Source: Octopus sinensis (Eukaryota). From it: a stretch of 64,000 nt of DNA. The notes beneath the pieces were generated by a model that was given only the letters and a program-made list of their open reading frames with translations, searched no databases and was not told where the DNA came from. The stretch is from the NCBI RefSeq assembly GCF_006345805.1, contig NC_043017.1:21824001-21888000 (forward strand). Reading direction: 5' to 3'. The first letter of the stretch is position 1. Each line of letters starts with the position of its first letter. Shown here piece by piece: positions 1 through 13,034 of the stretch. A program made the position numbers and the translations under genes.

Positions 1-116
1 TGGTATTATTTTCTAATCCCCCAGGGAGGAGGCCAATGAAATAACTACCAACCATGTTGTTGGATTGATTAGATCAAACTACATCAATCCCTTTACAAAA
101 TTTTTGGCCCTTTGCC
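1..116 (+). mobile_element. Degenerate 3' half of a tRNA-derived SINE (family B below)
   Basis: Ends ...ctacatcaatccc..aaaatttttggccctttgcc, matching the 3' end of other family B copies (gtcgatgtaatcgacta..ccaaaatttcaggccttgtgcc). Confidence 0.4.
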
Positions 117-384
117 AATGCGACAAGTTATTAATAATGTTATTGATTAACAGGCTCTATAATGTAGCATTGAGTTCTTGTCAAAAGGAATACGCAGACT
201 ATTGAAACCAGTTTCAGTTCTTAGATGTGACTAGTTACCAGCTTTACTTAATATTACAAGACTCTTGCATAAGTCATGAACATTACGCCATTTCTGTTTT
301 ACGTTTTGCTTCTTTCACAAGTTAAGAGTCACAAGTCACAATGAAATATTGCTAGTACATATGTACCTGGGGAATTAAGGGAAT

Positions 385-561
385 ATAACGTACACGTGTA
401 TGCTTACATGTGTGTGTGTGTGTGTATGAGAGAGAGAGGGGGGGTAATACACTCACACACACACACATACCAGTTTATGTATATATCTGTCTATATGTAT
501 GTATGCGCATGTGAATGTTCATATATATCTATATCTATCTATCTATCTATATATATATATA

Positions 562-600
<39 letters not shown>

Positions 601-905
601 GTTTGTGTGTGCATGAATGTATATTTGTAAATATATGAATATATTACATATAAACACACAAATATATGCATAAAAATACATATATATATAATATGTATAT
701 ATATATATACACACATACACATGTGCACTCACACACATACGTATATATACATAAATATATATACCTACATACTTGACATGTATATTTTTTCTTATATATA
801 TATATGTATATACACCTACAAACATTCATATATACTTATTCTTACATATATATATATGTATATATATATACCTTCATACATAGATATTTCTATTCTACTA
901 TTCTA
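385..905. repeat. Compound dinucleotide microsatellite block (TG/AG/CA/TA)
   Basis: Direct reading; explains the YI/CV/HT ORFs. Confidence 0.95.
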
Positions 906-1044
906 CTATATTATATTCCACACATAAAGGCCTTTTGAAGTCAACCAAACCAATAGTTGGAAATCAATGGAAATCTATTGATTTTCTCTTTTTTTTTCTG
1001 TTCTACCGGCAGCTGTTTCTGTGTCTCTCTAGGTGCTAAGAAAC

Positions 1045-1055
1045 ATCCTCTTTAC

Positions 1056-1096
<41 letters not shown>

Positions 1097-1440
1097 ACTC
1101 AAATATGTAACAAAAGAAAAAAGGGGAAAAAGGGAACAAAACCAGCCAGTACAAAACAAAAATAGCCCACACACAGACACTGGACACACACACATGCATG
1201 CACACACACGTATATATACATATATACATACATAAATATGTATATGTATATGTATATATATATATATATGTATATATATGTATTATACACATGTATATAT
1301 ATGTGTATATATATGCATATATACATGTATGTGTGTATATACATGTATATATATATACATATAAATATATATATACATAAATATATACATATATATTATA
1401 CATACTATACATATATATATATATTAATATATATATATGT

Positions 1441-1483
<43 letters not shown>

Positions 1484-1756
1484 ATATGTGTGTATGTATG
1501 TATGTATGTATGTGTGTATGTACATATGTATATATATATATATATATGTATGTATATATATATTTGTATGTGTATGTGTGCACGTTCATTGTTCGGAAAC
1601 AAACTAATCTCGTCAGTCATCAATGATGCCTATGACAATATATTAGAGACAAAGAAATAACTATTCACCAACACACGGAGTGGCACCCTTTGATGGGCAC
1701 ACTTAAACAATGTAACCTTGTATAATACAAGGGTGTGAGTGCATCTACGTACAGGA

Positions 1757-1803
<47 letters not shown>

Positions 1804-2550
1804 TGTGTGTGTTTGTAAGTATACCAGGGTATGTGTGTGCGTGTGCATGCAAAATGTGCGATGTGTGAATGAATGTGGTTATGCATATGTACGTGTTTAT
1901 AGTCTTGCTGTATGTGTATGAGTATTATGTGTGTGTGTATGTGTGTGTAAGTTTTGTTGTATATATATGTGTATATGTGTTACTGTTTATGTGTCAATAT
2001 GTTGCCGTGTATGCATGTGTGTATGTAACTGTCGTCATGTTTGTCTGCATGTATATGTATGTGTGAGTGTATGTTTTACTGCATATGTGTGTGTGTGTGT
2101 AGGTGTGTGTGCGTGTGTGTGTGCATGTGTGTGTATAAGTGTTGGCATGTATGCGTGTGTGTATAAGTGCCAGTGTGTATGTGTGTGCAGAAAAGTCACT
2201 ATATGTAAGTGTTGCTGAATGTGTGTGTTTAAGTGATGCTGTATATATGTGTATATAAGTGTCACTATGTTTGTGTGTATATATACATGTGAGTATGCAT
2301 GTCTAGTGTGTAAGTGTGTGCATGTGTGTGTATGTCTGTGTGTGTATATCAGTGTGTGTATGTCTGTGTGTGTATGTGTGTGTGTGCATGTCTGTGTGTG
2401 TGTACGTCTGTGTGTGTGTATGTCTGTGTGTGTTTGTGTCTGTGTTAATGTACATCTGTGTATGTGTGTATATGTGTATGAATGCATGTGTGTATGTCTG
2501 TGTGTGTGTTTGAGCCTGTGTAAGTGTGTACATGTGTGTGCGTGTGTGTA
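1045..2550. repeat. Compound (TA)n/(TG)n/(TATG)n microsatellite and degenerate TG-rich tract
   Basis: Direct reading; short unique islands at about 1100-1190 and 1580-1745. Confidence 0.9.
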
Positions 2551-3039
2551 TTGTCTTTTATGTATGTTCCATCTTTGGAGAGCAATACTTGTTAGATGAG
2601 AATTTTATTGGATTTCTTCATGTTTTTACCATAATTTTCAGACAGTCATCATTTATTTTGGCACTGCCAGAATGGAAGCTGATATCAGGTGGTACCAAAG
2701 ACAAAAAAAAAATACAACAAAAAAGATAAGATATAAAAATAAAAACAATTAAGATACTTAGATTGGAAGTTGTTCAATCAAATTTTTATTTCATTTCAAT
2801 TTGTTTTTTATCCTTTCTTTTTCTTGGTTTATCTTTATCTTATGGGGTGGTGAGGGGGAGGGGAACCAATCAAATGGGGAGGGTGGGGGACATGAACTAT
2901 TTTAAGGAATTCTACAGGGAAATTTCGTAATATTCCTGTCTCCTTCATTTTCTTTGGTTTCTAATGAAGAATAACTTTGTGACAGGCAGTGTGTTTCTGC
3001 AAGACACTAGTGTGGTCCAAGTAGAATTTCACTGTGTGC

Positions 3040-3046
3040 ACACACA

Positions 3047-3086
<40 letters not shown>

Positions 3087-3161
3087 CATACACTCACATG
3101 CACTCACACACACATATATATACATAATATATATACACATACATACATACATATATGTATT

Positions 3162-3192
<31 letters not shown>

Positions 3193-3515
3193 GTACATAC
3201 ATACATATAAATATATACATATATATGTATATCCATACACATATATATGTATATATATGTGTATGTATGAGTGTATATGTATATATGTACAGAAACACGC
3301 ACACATATATGTACTCACACATACATACATATATATATACATAAAGAAATATATGTGCATGCATGTGTGTATACATATGTATATGTGTGTATATATATAT
3401 AATTATATATACACATATGTTACATATATTTATTTCTATATACATCATATATGCATAACTATATATGTGTAGTTATGTATACATACCCACACACATGTCT
3501 GTGTGTGTGTGTATT
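3040..3515. repeat. (CA)n/(TA)n compound microsatellite
   Basis: Direct reading. Confidence 0.95.
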
Positions 3516-3789
3516 GTGATATTTTGAAGAGACGTCTCCAGCAGCAAAATAATTACTGTCACAAAATAACAATTACTTTTGTACTTTGATGTAGAATTTG
3601 ATGTAAAAATCACTGAAAATGAAAACGGGGCAGGGGAAATTCCAGTGTTAGACATCGAAATATCACAACAGGTTTTTTTTTTGCGTGCATTTTGTAATTT
3701 TCTTTGGTTCCTTTTTATTTATCTATTTTTTCTTTGTTTTTGCAGATGGCGAAATTTTGTGCAAACAATTGAATGAGAGAATTAGAAAA

Positions 3790-3822
3790 TAATAATAATA
3801 ATAAATAACAATAATAATAATG

Positions 3823-3868
<46 letters not shown>
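3790..3868. repeat. (AAT)n microsatellite
   Basis: Direct reading. Confidence 0.95.
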
Positions 3869-3869
<1 letters not shown>

Positions 3870-4025
3870 CCATTTCATGTTATTGCTTACTTCGATAAAA
3901 ATCTTAGCATATTATTGTCCATTTATTCAAAGAATAATTTATTCTGGTATGACATTATGAAATTTTCCGCTGAGTATATTTCAGACAGTATCCTGATTTA
4001 TCACATCGTATGCTGCCAGTTGTGA

Positions 4026-4275
4026 CTTGTATGGTGGTGGTCATGGTGTTGGTGGTGGTCATCAGTGCCATTGTTGCTACGGCCATTTTCATCTTTGTCC
4101 CTATGATGATGATGATCATCATCATCATCATCATCAGCATCAGTGTTATCATCCACGTCATCATCATAATCATCATACTCATCATCATCGTTGTCGACAT
4201 CGACATCATCATCCTCATCAGCAGCAGCAGCATCACCACATCATCATCATCATCATCATCATCATCATTGTCATC
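4026..4275. repeat. Degenerate (GGT)n/(CAT)n trinucleotide tract
   Basis: Direct reading; source of the poly-H/M/S ORFs. Confidence 0.9.
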
Positions 4276-4809
4276 TTAATGTCCTCTTTTCTATGCTTGC
4301 ATGGGTTAACCAGTGTTCAGGTAGGTGTATCTTCCATGGCCAGATACCCTTCCTCTCACCAGCCCTCACTTGTTTCCCAGCAACGTAATATTTCCCTATG
4401 GTCAGACTTTCCTATGGCTTTCACAGAAGACTGATTGACCGATAGAAAACCTCACAATTAACATCTGATGTCAAGACAAGAATAAACACAAACATACATA
4501 TATATACGCATATGCTCATAAATGCACACACACTCACATGCATGCATATATATAAGATAGGCTTCCATACAGTTTCCTTTTACCGAATTCTCTTGGAAAG
4601 CTTTGGTCAACTCAGGTTTATAGTGGAAGTCCCTTGCAGAAAGTGCCACAGAGGTAAGTATCAGACACCTATTTGGGCAAAGGGAAAAGGATCCCTTCGG
4701 TCGCAAATGACTATGGGATTGCACCTATAAATTTCCCTTCCGGGGTACATGTTTGGGCAAGGTTGTTTTATGGAAGACAATTATAAAGCCTATTTCTTTA
4801 CATTATTTT

Positions 4810-4982
4810 GAATTAACCATTCATTATCTCATAGCTTTGAAATTTCAGAGGTATTATTGTTTACTTCCAAAATGACATTGTAGGGTAAGTGTGAGAGGTC
4901 AGATGTTGCCAGTTTGAACATAAAACAGGTAGAATATTTGGGTCAGGTGTGGTCAGTTTAAATGCTAAAGAGTTGAAGAGTT
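4810..4982. mobile_element. Partial TTAA-type (piggyBac-like) MITE, family ccctttagcatt...aatgctaaagggttaa
   Basis: Homologous to copies at 5375-5772, 13271-13846, 60264-60415 and 62649-62835; ends aatgctaaagagttgaa. Confidence 0.65.
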
Positions 4983-5374
4983 ACACATATATACATGTAA
5001 TATCTCCAAGATAATGGTTTGGAATTATGATGGAATGGTTGGCAAGGGTGAATGGAGTGAAGTGGTATGGAAGGAGGGATGTGTTGGGGAGGGATGAAGA
5101 GCATGTTCTGAGGAGGGTGATTGCGTTTGAGGTAAATGGAGCATGAAAGCAAGGGAGAGCGAGGAAAAGGTGGAGAAGGAGATTGGGAGGGTTGGTTTAA
5201 AAAAGGAGGACACCCAAAACCGAGCAAGGTGGCAAGATGGTGTGAGGGCAGTTGCTATGGCATTGAGATAGATCCGGCCACAACTATTAATGGGGACAAA
5301 ACCTGGATTTAAAACACTGGATGATGATGATGATGATGATGGTAAAAGTGGATTCTTTTCCAGGGTGGCATCAG

Positions 5375-5772
5375 TTTATCCCTCTAGCATTCAGATTACC
5401 CTGTCAGATTATCCACATTGTCTTGAAGTAATCCGGCATTATCTCATAGCCTCAAGATTTCATTGATGTAATGGCTTATTGTTAAAATGAAATGGTAGGG
5501 TAGGTGTAAGAGACCAGATCTAGCCAAGATAATGGTTTGTGGGAGTGATGGTATCAGTTGATTCTTTTCCAGGGTGGCTACGGTTTATCCATTCAGTTTG
5601 CAGATTACTCCATCAAATTTATCGCTTATCTATTCACATAGTTTGGATTTAATCGTGCATTGTCAGAAGGACATTGTAGGGTGAGTGTGAGAGGCCAGAT
5701 CTAGCTGATTTGAACATAAAACGGACTGAATAGTTAAGCTGGATATGACTGCTTTAAACGCTAAAGAGTTAA
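5375..5772. mobile_element. Two partial copies of the same TTAA MITE in a diverged local duplication
   Basis: Flank gattcttttccagggtggc..gtttatcc precedes both copies; the second copy ends cgctaaagagttaa. Confidence 0.6.
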
Positions 5773-6149
5773 CCTCACATGATGAAGGCTAACCTTTGCT
5801 ATGTGTACACTGCTAAGAAGTCGTTTCAAAGAAAGCTCAATATAAATAGATGTTATCAGACTGTACAATTTCGAAGAAGGAAAAACCTACAGACATAGAA
5901 AATGCAACAATTTCTTGTTCTTTTTGTTTTTTTCTAATGACATACAGTGACCAAATAGTCACATGACTCATCAATATTCATAATATTTTTGAAAATTGGA
6001 AAAAAAGAAAATATCTCTAAAAATAAAGATAGAAAATACTAAAAAAAAAAGGAGCGAAAACTAATTTCCTAAAAGGATTTAGCTTTTATATCATATTTTG
6101 TGCTTTTTTTTTCATTTCTTGTTTATATATGTATGTATGAAATTATGTG

Positions 6150-6192
6150 TGTGCGTGTGTGTTATATAATACATATAAATGTGTGTGCATTT

Positions 6193-6245
<53 letters not shown>

Positions 6246-6480
6246 TATATATATATATATATAATATGTATAATATATATATATTTACAATGTATATGTT
6301 TGTGTGTATATTATATATATATATATATATATACATATATAATATGTATAATATATATATATTTACAATATATATGTGTGTGTGTATATTATATATGTAT
6401 ATATATATATATAATATATATACATATGTAATATGTATAATATATATATTTATAATATATATGTGTATATATATTAATGA
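6150..6480. repeat. TA-rich minisatellite (ataatatgtataatatatatatt x3) in (TA)n
   Basis: Direct reading. Confidence 0.85.
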
Positions 6481-7382
6481 ATGTGTGTGTTATGCTTACA
6501 CACAGATACATAACTATATATTAAGAGACAAACAGACAAGCACATAGGTAGATAAATATACAAACCCAGCAACTTATATATATAAGTTACATTTACACAC
6601 ACACACACAAACATACACACACACGCATGACTTGAAAGTTATACTGCATTTCTAGAGAAATCTATTATCTCCTTTTTCGTATTTTTTGTTTATGAATACT
6701 TATGAATATTAATTTGAAGAAACAATTGGCTAATTAATAATGTCCTTTCCATATTATACTTCATAGCTCCTGACATTTGTTGGTACGACTTTTGATTTTC
6801 AAAATATACTATGAATGGTAGTAAATCCTCTGATCACCTTGGTAACTAAATATCCGTTTGTACATCTAAATTTTGCCATCATATTATAATGGCTGGATAA
6901 GATTTTCATTAGCTAAGGTAATGAAAATCTCTCTATATATATATATTTGCATGCATGCACACACACACACACACATATATACATACACACACATATATAT
7001 ATATATATATGCATGTATATATATATATATATTATATATATATATATATAAACTCTCCCTATATATATATAATAGATACAATAGAAAAGGGGCAAATTAG
7101 GCAGACTACAATTAACACACGGGTTTAATTAGGATAAAATAAGAATTGTCCAATCTGAAACGTATTGATATATTCAAAATATAAAAATATATGAATATTA
7201 AAAATGTACATGGACATATAGATATATAGATATGTAAACATAATAACAATAATAATAATAATAGAATGCAGATAAAAATAATGAAATATAGATAAAATGT
7301 TTTTAAAAATTCCAAATATAATATAGAGAAGTAATAGGCATTAAAAGGAATTTTGGGTAACATGTTAGTGGAAAAAAAGGGG

Positions 7383-7470
7383 TCCCAACGATCATTTCAG
7401 GAGTACTTTTATGCTGATTACATATGAATCTTTTGATCCATTTCCATAGAATGCCCTCATCATCAGGGTA
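7383..7470 (-). ncRNA. Possible decayed type I hammerhead ribozyme
   Basis: Minus strand reads TACC-CTGATGA-(long insert)-GAAAT-GATC-GTT-GGGA; palindromic stem III with a C>T change, weak stems I and II. Confidence 0.3.
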
Positions 7471-7488
7471 AAATAGTGTTTATGCTAG
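7450..7488 (+). CDS. Candidate 39-nt phase 1-1 exon (ECPHHQGKIVFML)
   Basis: tttccatag acceptor and ag|gtatgg donor; overlaps the hammerhead-like relic, so may be chance. Confidence 0.12.
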
Positions 7489-7759
7489 GTATGGATTTAG
7501 TCCATATTTAGCTTTTTGTCAGAAAGGAGAAAGGGAAAAGTCCAAAGAAGGAAAAGAAATCACCAACAGCATGTGTGTAGTTACATTGTTGGAGTCTATA
7601 TATAAGAAAGTGAGAGGATAAAGGAATAACCATTCATTCCTTTGTCATCTCTCTTTCTTTTTAATGCTCTGTACTACTTACACAACACTTCATTCAGAAA
7701 CATACATATATTAAGTTTTACATTGGGTTATTGGTCTCACAATGCCTAAGCAAAATATC

Positions 7760-7915
7760 ATCTATCCCTCCTTGTTTTTTCTGTGTACCTTTCTGTAGAA
7801 GAGCGTAGGCTCGAAACGTAAAAGACTTTTTCTTTTCCTGAGTGTTATACTAATACATCTGTTTGTTTTGTACACCACCTGTCTTCGTCTTTTGATTTTT
7901 TCGTAAACTTTCCCT
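7760..7915 (+). mobile_element. Short interspersed repeat with minimal hammerhead (Penelope-like pseudo-LTR)
   Basis: Second copy at about 27030-27410; both end at a (TA)n/(TACA)n microsatellite. Confidence 0.6.
7789..7824 (+). ncRNA. Minimal type I hammerhead-like motif with non-canonical core
   Basis: CTTT-CTGTAGA-A-GAG-cgtagg-CTC-GAAAC-GTA-AAAG: stem I CTTT/AAAG, stem II GAG/CTC, palindromic ACGT stem III, GUA triplet. Confidence 0.55.
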
Positions 7916-7931
7916 ATATATATATATATAT

Positions 7932-7979
<48 letters not shown>

Positions 7980-8026
7980 TGTATAATATATATATATGAT
8001 ATATATATATATTATATATGTATATA

Positions 8027-8065
<39 letters not shown>

Positions 8066-8159
8066 ATGATATATATGTATACATACATACACACACACAA
8101 ACACATATATATACATAAAGAGAGAGAGAGAGACAAAAAGAGGGTGTGAAGACCAGTGA

Positions 8160-8361
8160 TCTAGGGGGATTACCAGCTGTGTATTGGGGTCGATGTAATC
8201 AATTATCCCTTCCTCAAAATTTTAGGCCTTGTGCTTTTAAGAAAGTAAAGTATTATTATTATTACTATTATTACTGTTATTATTATTATTATCATTATTA
8301 TTATTATTATTACTATTATTACTGTTATTATTATTATTATCATTATTATTATTATTATTAC

Positions 8362-8410
<49 letters not shown>
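8160..8410 (+). mobile_element. 3' half of SINE family B with (TAT)n tail
   Basis: ggggtcgatgtaatcaatta..caaaattttaggccttgtgc followed by long (TAT)n. Confidence 0.7.
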
Positions 8411-8412
<2 letters not shown>

Positions 8413-8937
8413 AACAAATATATATTTGAAAGAACATGGAAACGGAAGTGCATGTAGAATAGCTGCTAAACCTGTTTTAGTGCACAGAGCATGCCACAAA
8501 GTAATCTAACTGTTTCTACAATAAAAGGAAAGGAAAAAGATGCAGTTCCTGATGATTGGTCGTCGCACAGGTTCATTGTGTTACGATTAAGCTCAATAGT
8601 CTAAAATATCGTTGAATGACGGACAGAATAAAAGGGATGAATGAATGCTAAAATGGAATTCTTCTGGTTTGTAATAGGAAACAACTGAAGAATACAATGA
8701 AGACAAGAAAGAGAAATCGAAGAAATATTAAACATGACTTTGCTCCCCGAACGGATGATAAGACATTGAATAGGGTTGATACAATTATTATCAAGAGACA
8801 TAAGAGAAATGCTATGCTGAAGTCCCCATTCGCAATACATAACTCAATGTAATCTAAATAGGGTGTACACGGGTTGTTTCATAATTCAAGAATGTCAATA
8901 ATACTGGATCAACAACGACTAACAACAGATAAAACAC

Positions 8938-9328
8938 CATCGTCGTCATCATCATAATTTAACGTCCAATTTTTCATGCTGGCATGGGTCAGACTGGAGC
9001 TGGTTAAGGCCAGGGACCACACCAGGCTCCATTGCCTGTTCTGGCATGGATTCTACAGCTGGATGCCCTTCCTAATGTCAACCACTCCCTGGAGTGTGCT
9101 GGGTGAATTTTATGTGGCACCAACACGTGTGCTTTTAATGTGACACCTGCATGAGTGCTTTACATGCGGCACTAGCACTGGTATCAAATCTGCTGTGGCA
9201 GCAATGCACCAGGTATTGAGTACAGCAATGCACCTGATATCTCAGTCATTAGCCATCACCTTCACAAGGCTCAATCTCTTCAAATTCACCTTCAGTACTT
9301 CGTGCCATGTCTTCCTGGGTTTCCCTCT
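8938..9328 (-). mobile_element. 5'-truncated RTE-clade LINE 3' end
   Basis: Minus-strand RGKPRKTWHEVLKVNLKRLSL, followed by the shared 3' UTR (aggaagggcatccagctgtag) and (GAT)n tail. Confidence 0.7.
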
Positions 9329-9949
9329 TAACAACACACTTAACAATAAACCATAGCCCTTCACTAAATTTTCTTCCATTCATTTTTAGTTGCTTTTTAG
9401 TTTGTATTCTTTATTTTTCATATTTTGTTTTGCTTCAAGCTCCCTCATGTTATTTCCATCTTTTCAGTTATAATAGAATAAAAAAAAGTACCATGTTTGG
9501 TGGTATATAAGATGCATCTATTTCCTTAAAATAAGCCTCAAAAAATTAGTTTGGATCTTACATACTGTGGTGGGCCTCCCATAAATTAATTCTGTCCCTG
9601 ACACACACTTTCCTCTGAATATCTTTAGTCCATATTACACCTTTAAGGAGCATAGGGTCAGTTTCCTGGTTTCTCTAGCAATGACTAGTGACCAAGACAT
9701 TTAGCGATATGCTGTGCTTGCGAAGATCTGTTGAGCCAAGGGAAATTGCATTGTGGCGGATGCTGGTGTCACATAACTGGCACCCATGCTGGTGGCATAT
9801 AAAAAGCACCTTTTGAGCATTGAGCCTCACAGAGGCAAATCGAATGTTGGGCCTCACAGAGGCAATGACTGAGATCTTTGGTGGCATTATGTTGTGCATT
9901 GGAAGAAGAACCTTCAAACCAAGTAAAATCATTTGTTTGTTCCTCCTTA

Positions 9950-10222
9950 AGCCACACCTGGCTCATAAGGGCCAGTTTCCTGGTTTCCTTGGCATATAGG
10001 TTTCCCACCTAGATGGGACGCCGGTCCGTTGCAGGTGAGATGGAAGATTCAGGAGGAAAGAGTGAGAGAAAGTTGTGGCAAAAGAGTCAGCGGAGGTTCG
10101 CCATTACCTTCTGCCGGAGCCGCGTGGAGCTTAGGTATTTTGCTCATATCTCGATCTGAGATTCAAACCTGCAATCCCTCAGCCACGAGTCTGCTGCTCT
10201 AACCACTAGGCCATGTGCCTTC
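9950..10222 (-). mobile_element. tRNA-derived SINE
   Basis: Minus head gaaggcacaTGGCCTAGTGGttagagc...GGTTTGAATCTC (pol III A/B-box-like). Confidence 0.65.
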
Positions 10223-10476
10223 ACAATTAAAATCGTAGTGATACCAAATACCAGTGTCATACAAATGGCACCTGTGCCAGTGGCATGTAAAAGCACCTTT
10301 TGAGCATTGGGTCTCACAGAGACAAGGACCAAGATCATTTGGCATTATGCTGAGCTTCAAGCATTGGGCCCCATGGAGGCAATAACTGAATCCATTTGGT
10401 ATTATGCCATAATTGAAAAGAAGACACATCAAATCAATTAAAACAACAGTTGTGGCAGGTATCGATGTCTCACAAA

Positions 10477-11267
10477 TGGCACTTGTGCCAGTGGTACACA
10501 AAAGCACCCCTTATGCTCATGCAGTGGTTGGTCTTAGGAAGGGCATCCAGCCATAGAAACCGTGCCAAAACAGACTGGAGTGTGGTGCAGCCTTCCATCT
10601 TGCCAGTCCTGGTCAAACCATCCAATCCATGCCAGCATGGACAACAGATGTTAAATGATGATGATGATGATGATGATGATAATAAGGATTCTCCCTGAAT
10701 GGGATGCCAGTTCATTACATGATTACTCATTTTGCCAGCCAAGTAGACTGAAGCAACATAAAAGGAAGTGTTTTACTCTAGAAAACAACTCATCACCCAG
10801 TCTAGAAATCGAAACCACAATCTTATGGTTAGAGTTCAACACTTTAACTACTAAGCCATGCACCTCCACTTTCTCTGAAAATGCACTATTTAAGTTCGAG
10901 TGCACCTAATATGCATGAGAGCCTAATATGTCTGGCACTTGTGCCAGTGGTACACAAAAGCACCCCTTATGCTCATGCAGTGGTTGGTCTTAGGAAGGGC
11001 ATCCAGCCATAGAAACCGTGCCAAAACAGACTGGATGCCAGTTCATTACATGATTACTCATTTTGCCAGCCAAGTAGACTGAAGCAACATAAAAGGAAGT
11101 GTTTTACTCTAGAAAACAACTCATCACCCAGTCTAGAAATCGAAACCACAATCTTATGGTTAGAGTTCAACACTTTAACTACTAAGCCATGCACCTCCAC
11201 TTTCTCTGAAAATGCACTATTTAAGTTCGAGTGCACCTAATATGCATGAGAGCCTAATATGTCTGGC
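10477..11267 (+). repeat. Exact tandem duplication of a 456-bp unit; second copy has a 125-bp internal deletion
   Basis: 10477-10932 versus 10933-11263 are identical except for loss of 10580-10704; TGGC at the junctions and GGA at the deletion ends. Confidence 0.95.
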
Positions 11268-11383
11268 CATGCATCTTTTATGCCATCAAATACAGTGATT
11301 TGAGTGACATAAAAGCAATGGCTTTGATAATAGCCAGTAAAAGTTTTAAGAAATAAAAAAAAATCACAAATAAATAAATAAAT

Positions 11384-12063
11384 AAATACAAGTTCAGAGA
11401 TTTATTTTCCTAGCTTTAAGTTTCACCTAAAACAGTTTTGGATTGCATAAGAATTCATAACAAGTGGAAAAGTGTAGCAGATAAATTCCCTCTCCTCGAC
11501 ACACAACACCAAAAGGAGAATTCTAAGATGCTAAACAGGAACAATGTGCATGCCTGATGCCACGCTTCAATGGTTTGCACTTTTCAAAGATTAAATGCTG
11601 TCGCAGCCAAAGCTGATACCGGATAAAAGTTTTTTGTTATCCAGACTGGCTTCTTTAAGAAAAAGGGGTGTGTGATTTCCACCTGTTTAATGATCCAAAG
11701 CCTGGCTACAATCCAACTCTATGGAATCGGTCAGACTTGAGAAATGAAGTCAAAGAATGTAACTAACAGAAAGGCAAGATAACGGAATAAAAGGTTGGTT
11801 CTTTCATGAAAGTACCTTTGAAAATATGTTTTCAAAGAATAGGCTTTTACTCATGTTTATTTTTGTTGTTTCTTCTGATAAAACACACACACACACACAC
11901 ACACAAACACATTATATATGTGGTATGTATATATTATATATATATGTATATAACATATAGATACACACACATCTATATATATGTTGTATATAAATATATA
12001 TCTATCTTATATATATATATCTCTTTCGGCTCTCCTTCTCTCTTCACCCACTCTTTCTCTCTC

Positions 12064-12139
<76 letters not shown>

Positions 12140-12289
12140 AAGAGTGGGTGAAGGAGAGAAGGAGAGCCTGAAAGAGATATATATATATATAGATAGATAT
12201 ATATTTATATATACACATATATATAGATGTGTGTGTATCTATATGTATATATACATATATATATAATATATACATACACACATATATAA

Positions 12290-12320
<31 letters not shown>

Positions 12321-12814
12321 TTTATCAGAAGAAACAACAAAAATAAACATGAGTAAAAGCCTATTCTTTGAAAACATATTTTCAAAGGTACTTTCATGAA
12401 AGAACCAACCTTTTATTCCGTTATCTTGCCTTTCTGTTAGTTACATTCTTTGACTTCATTTCTCAAGTCTGACCGATTCCATAGAGTTGGATTGTAGCCA
12501 GGCTTTGGATCATTAAACAGGTGGAAATCACACACCCCTTTTTTTAAAGAAGCCAGTCTGGAAACAAAAAACTTTTATCCGGTATCAGCTTTGGTGCGAC
12601 AGCATTTAATCTTTGAAAAGTGCAAACCATTGAAGCGTGGCATCAGGCATGCACATTGTTCCTGTTTAGCATCTTAGAATTCTCCTTTTGGTGTTGTGTG
12701 TCGAGGAGAGGAATTTATCTGCTACACTTTTCCACTTGTTATGAATTCTTATGCAATCCAAACTGTTTTAGGTGAAACTTAAAGCTAGGAAAATAAATCT
12801 CTGAACTTGTATTT
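11384..12814. repeat. 1.43-kb near-perfect palindrome centred on (TA)n at about 12099
   Basis: Arms of about 715 bp read as reverse complements; the differences I found are all 1-nt indels. Confidence 0.97.
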
Positions 12815-12822
12815 TATATATA

Positions 12823-12866
<44 letters not shown>

Positions 12867-13034
12867 TCTATTTCTTTCAGTCTTTATGTCCATTTTTATT
12901 TCTGTGCCTTTCCATTCCACAAAAGCAGGAAAGATTTGATGTGTAAATTTACCAACTACATTGAAAGGGTTTTTACGAACAAGGAACTTTGTTTTGTTTA
13001 TTTTTTACATTATTATAGCTTTTACTGTATTATT

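Noticed and set aside
2844-2889. G-quadruplex-capable G-run cluster
   Set aside because: Short isolated motif with no supporting context
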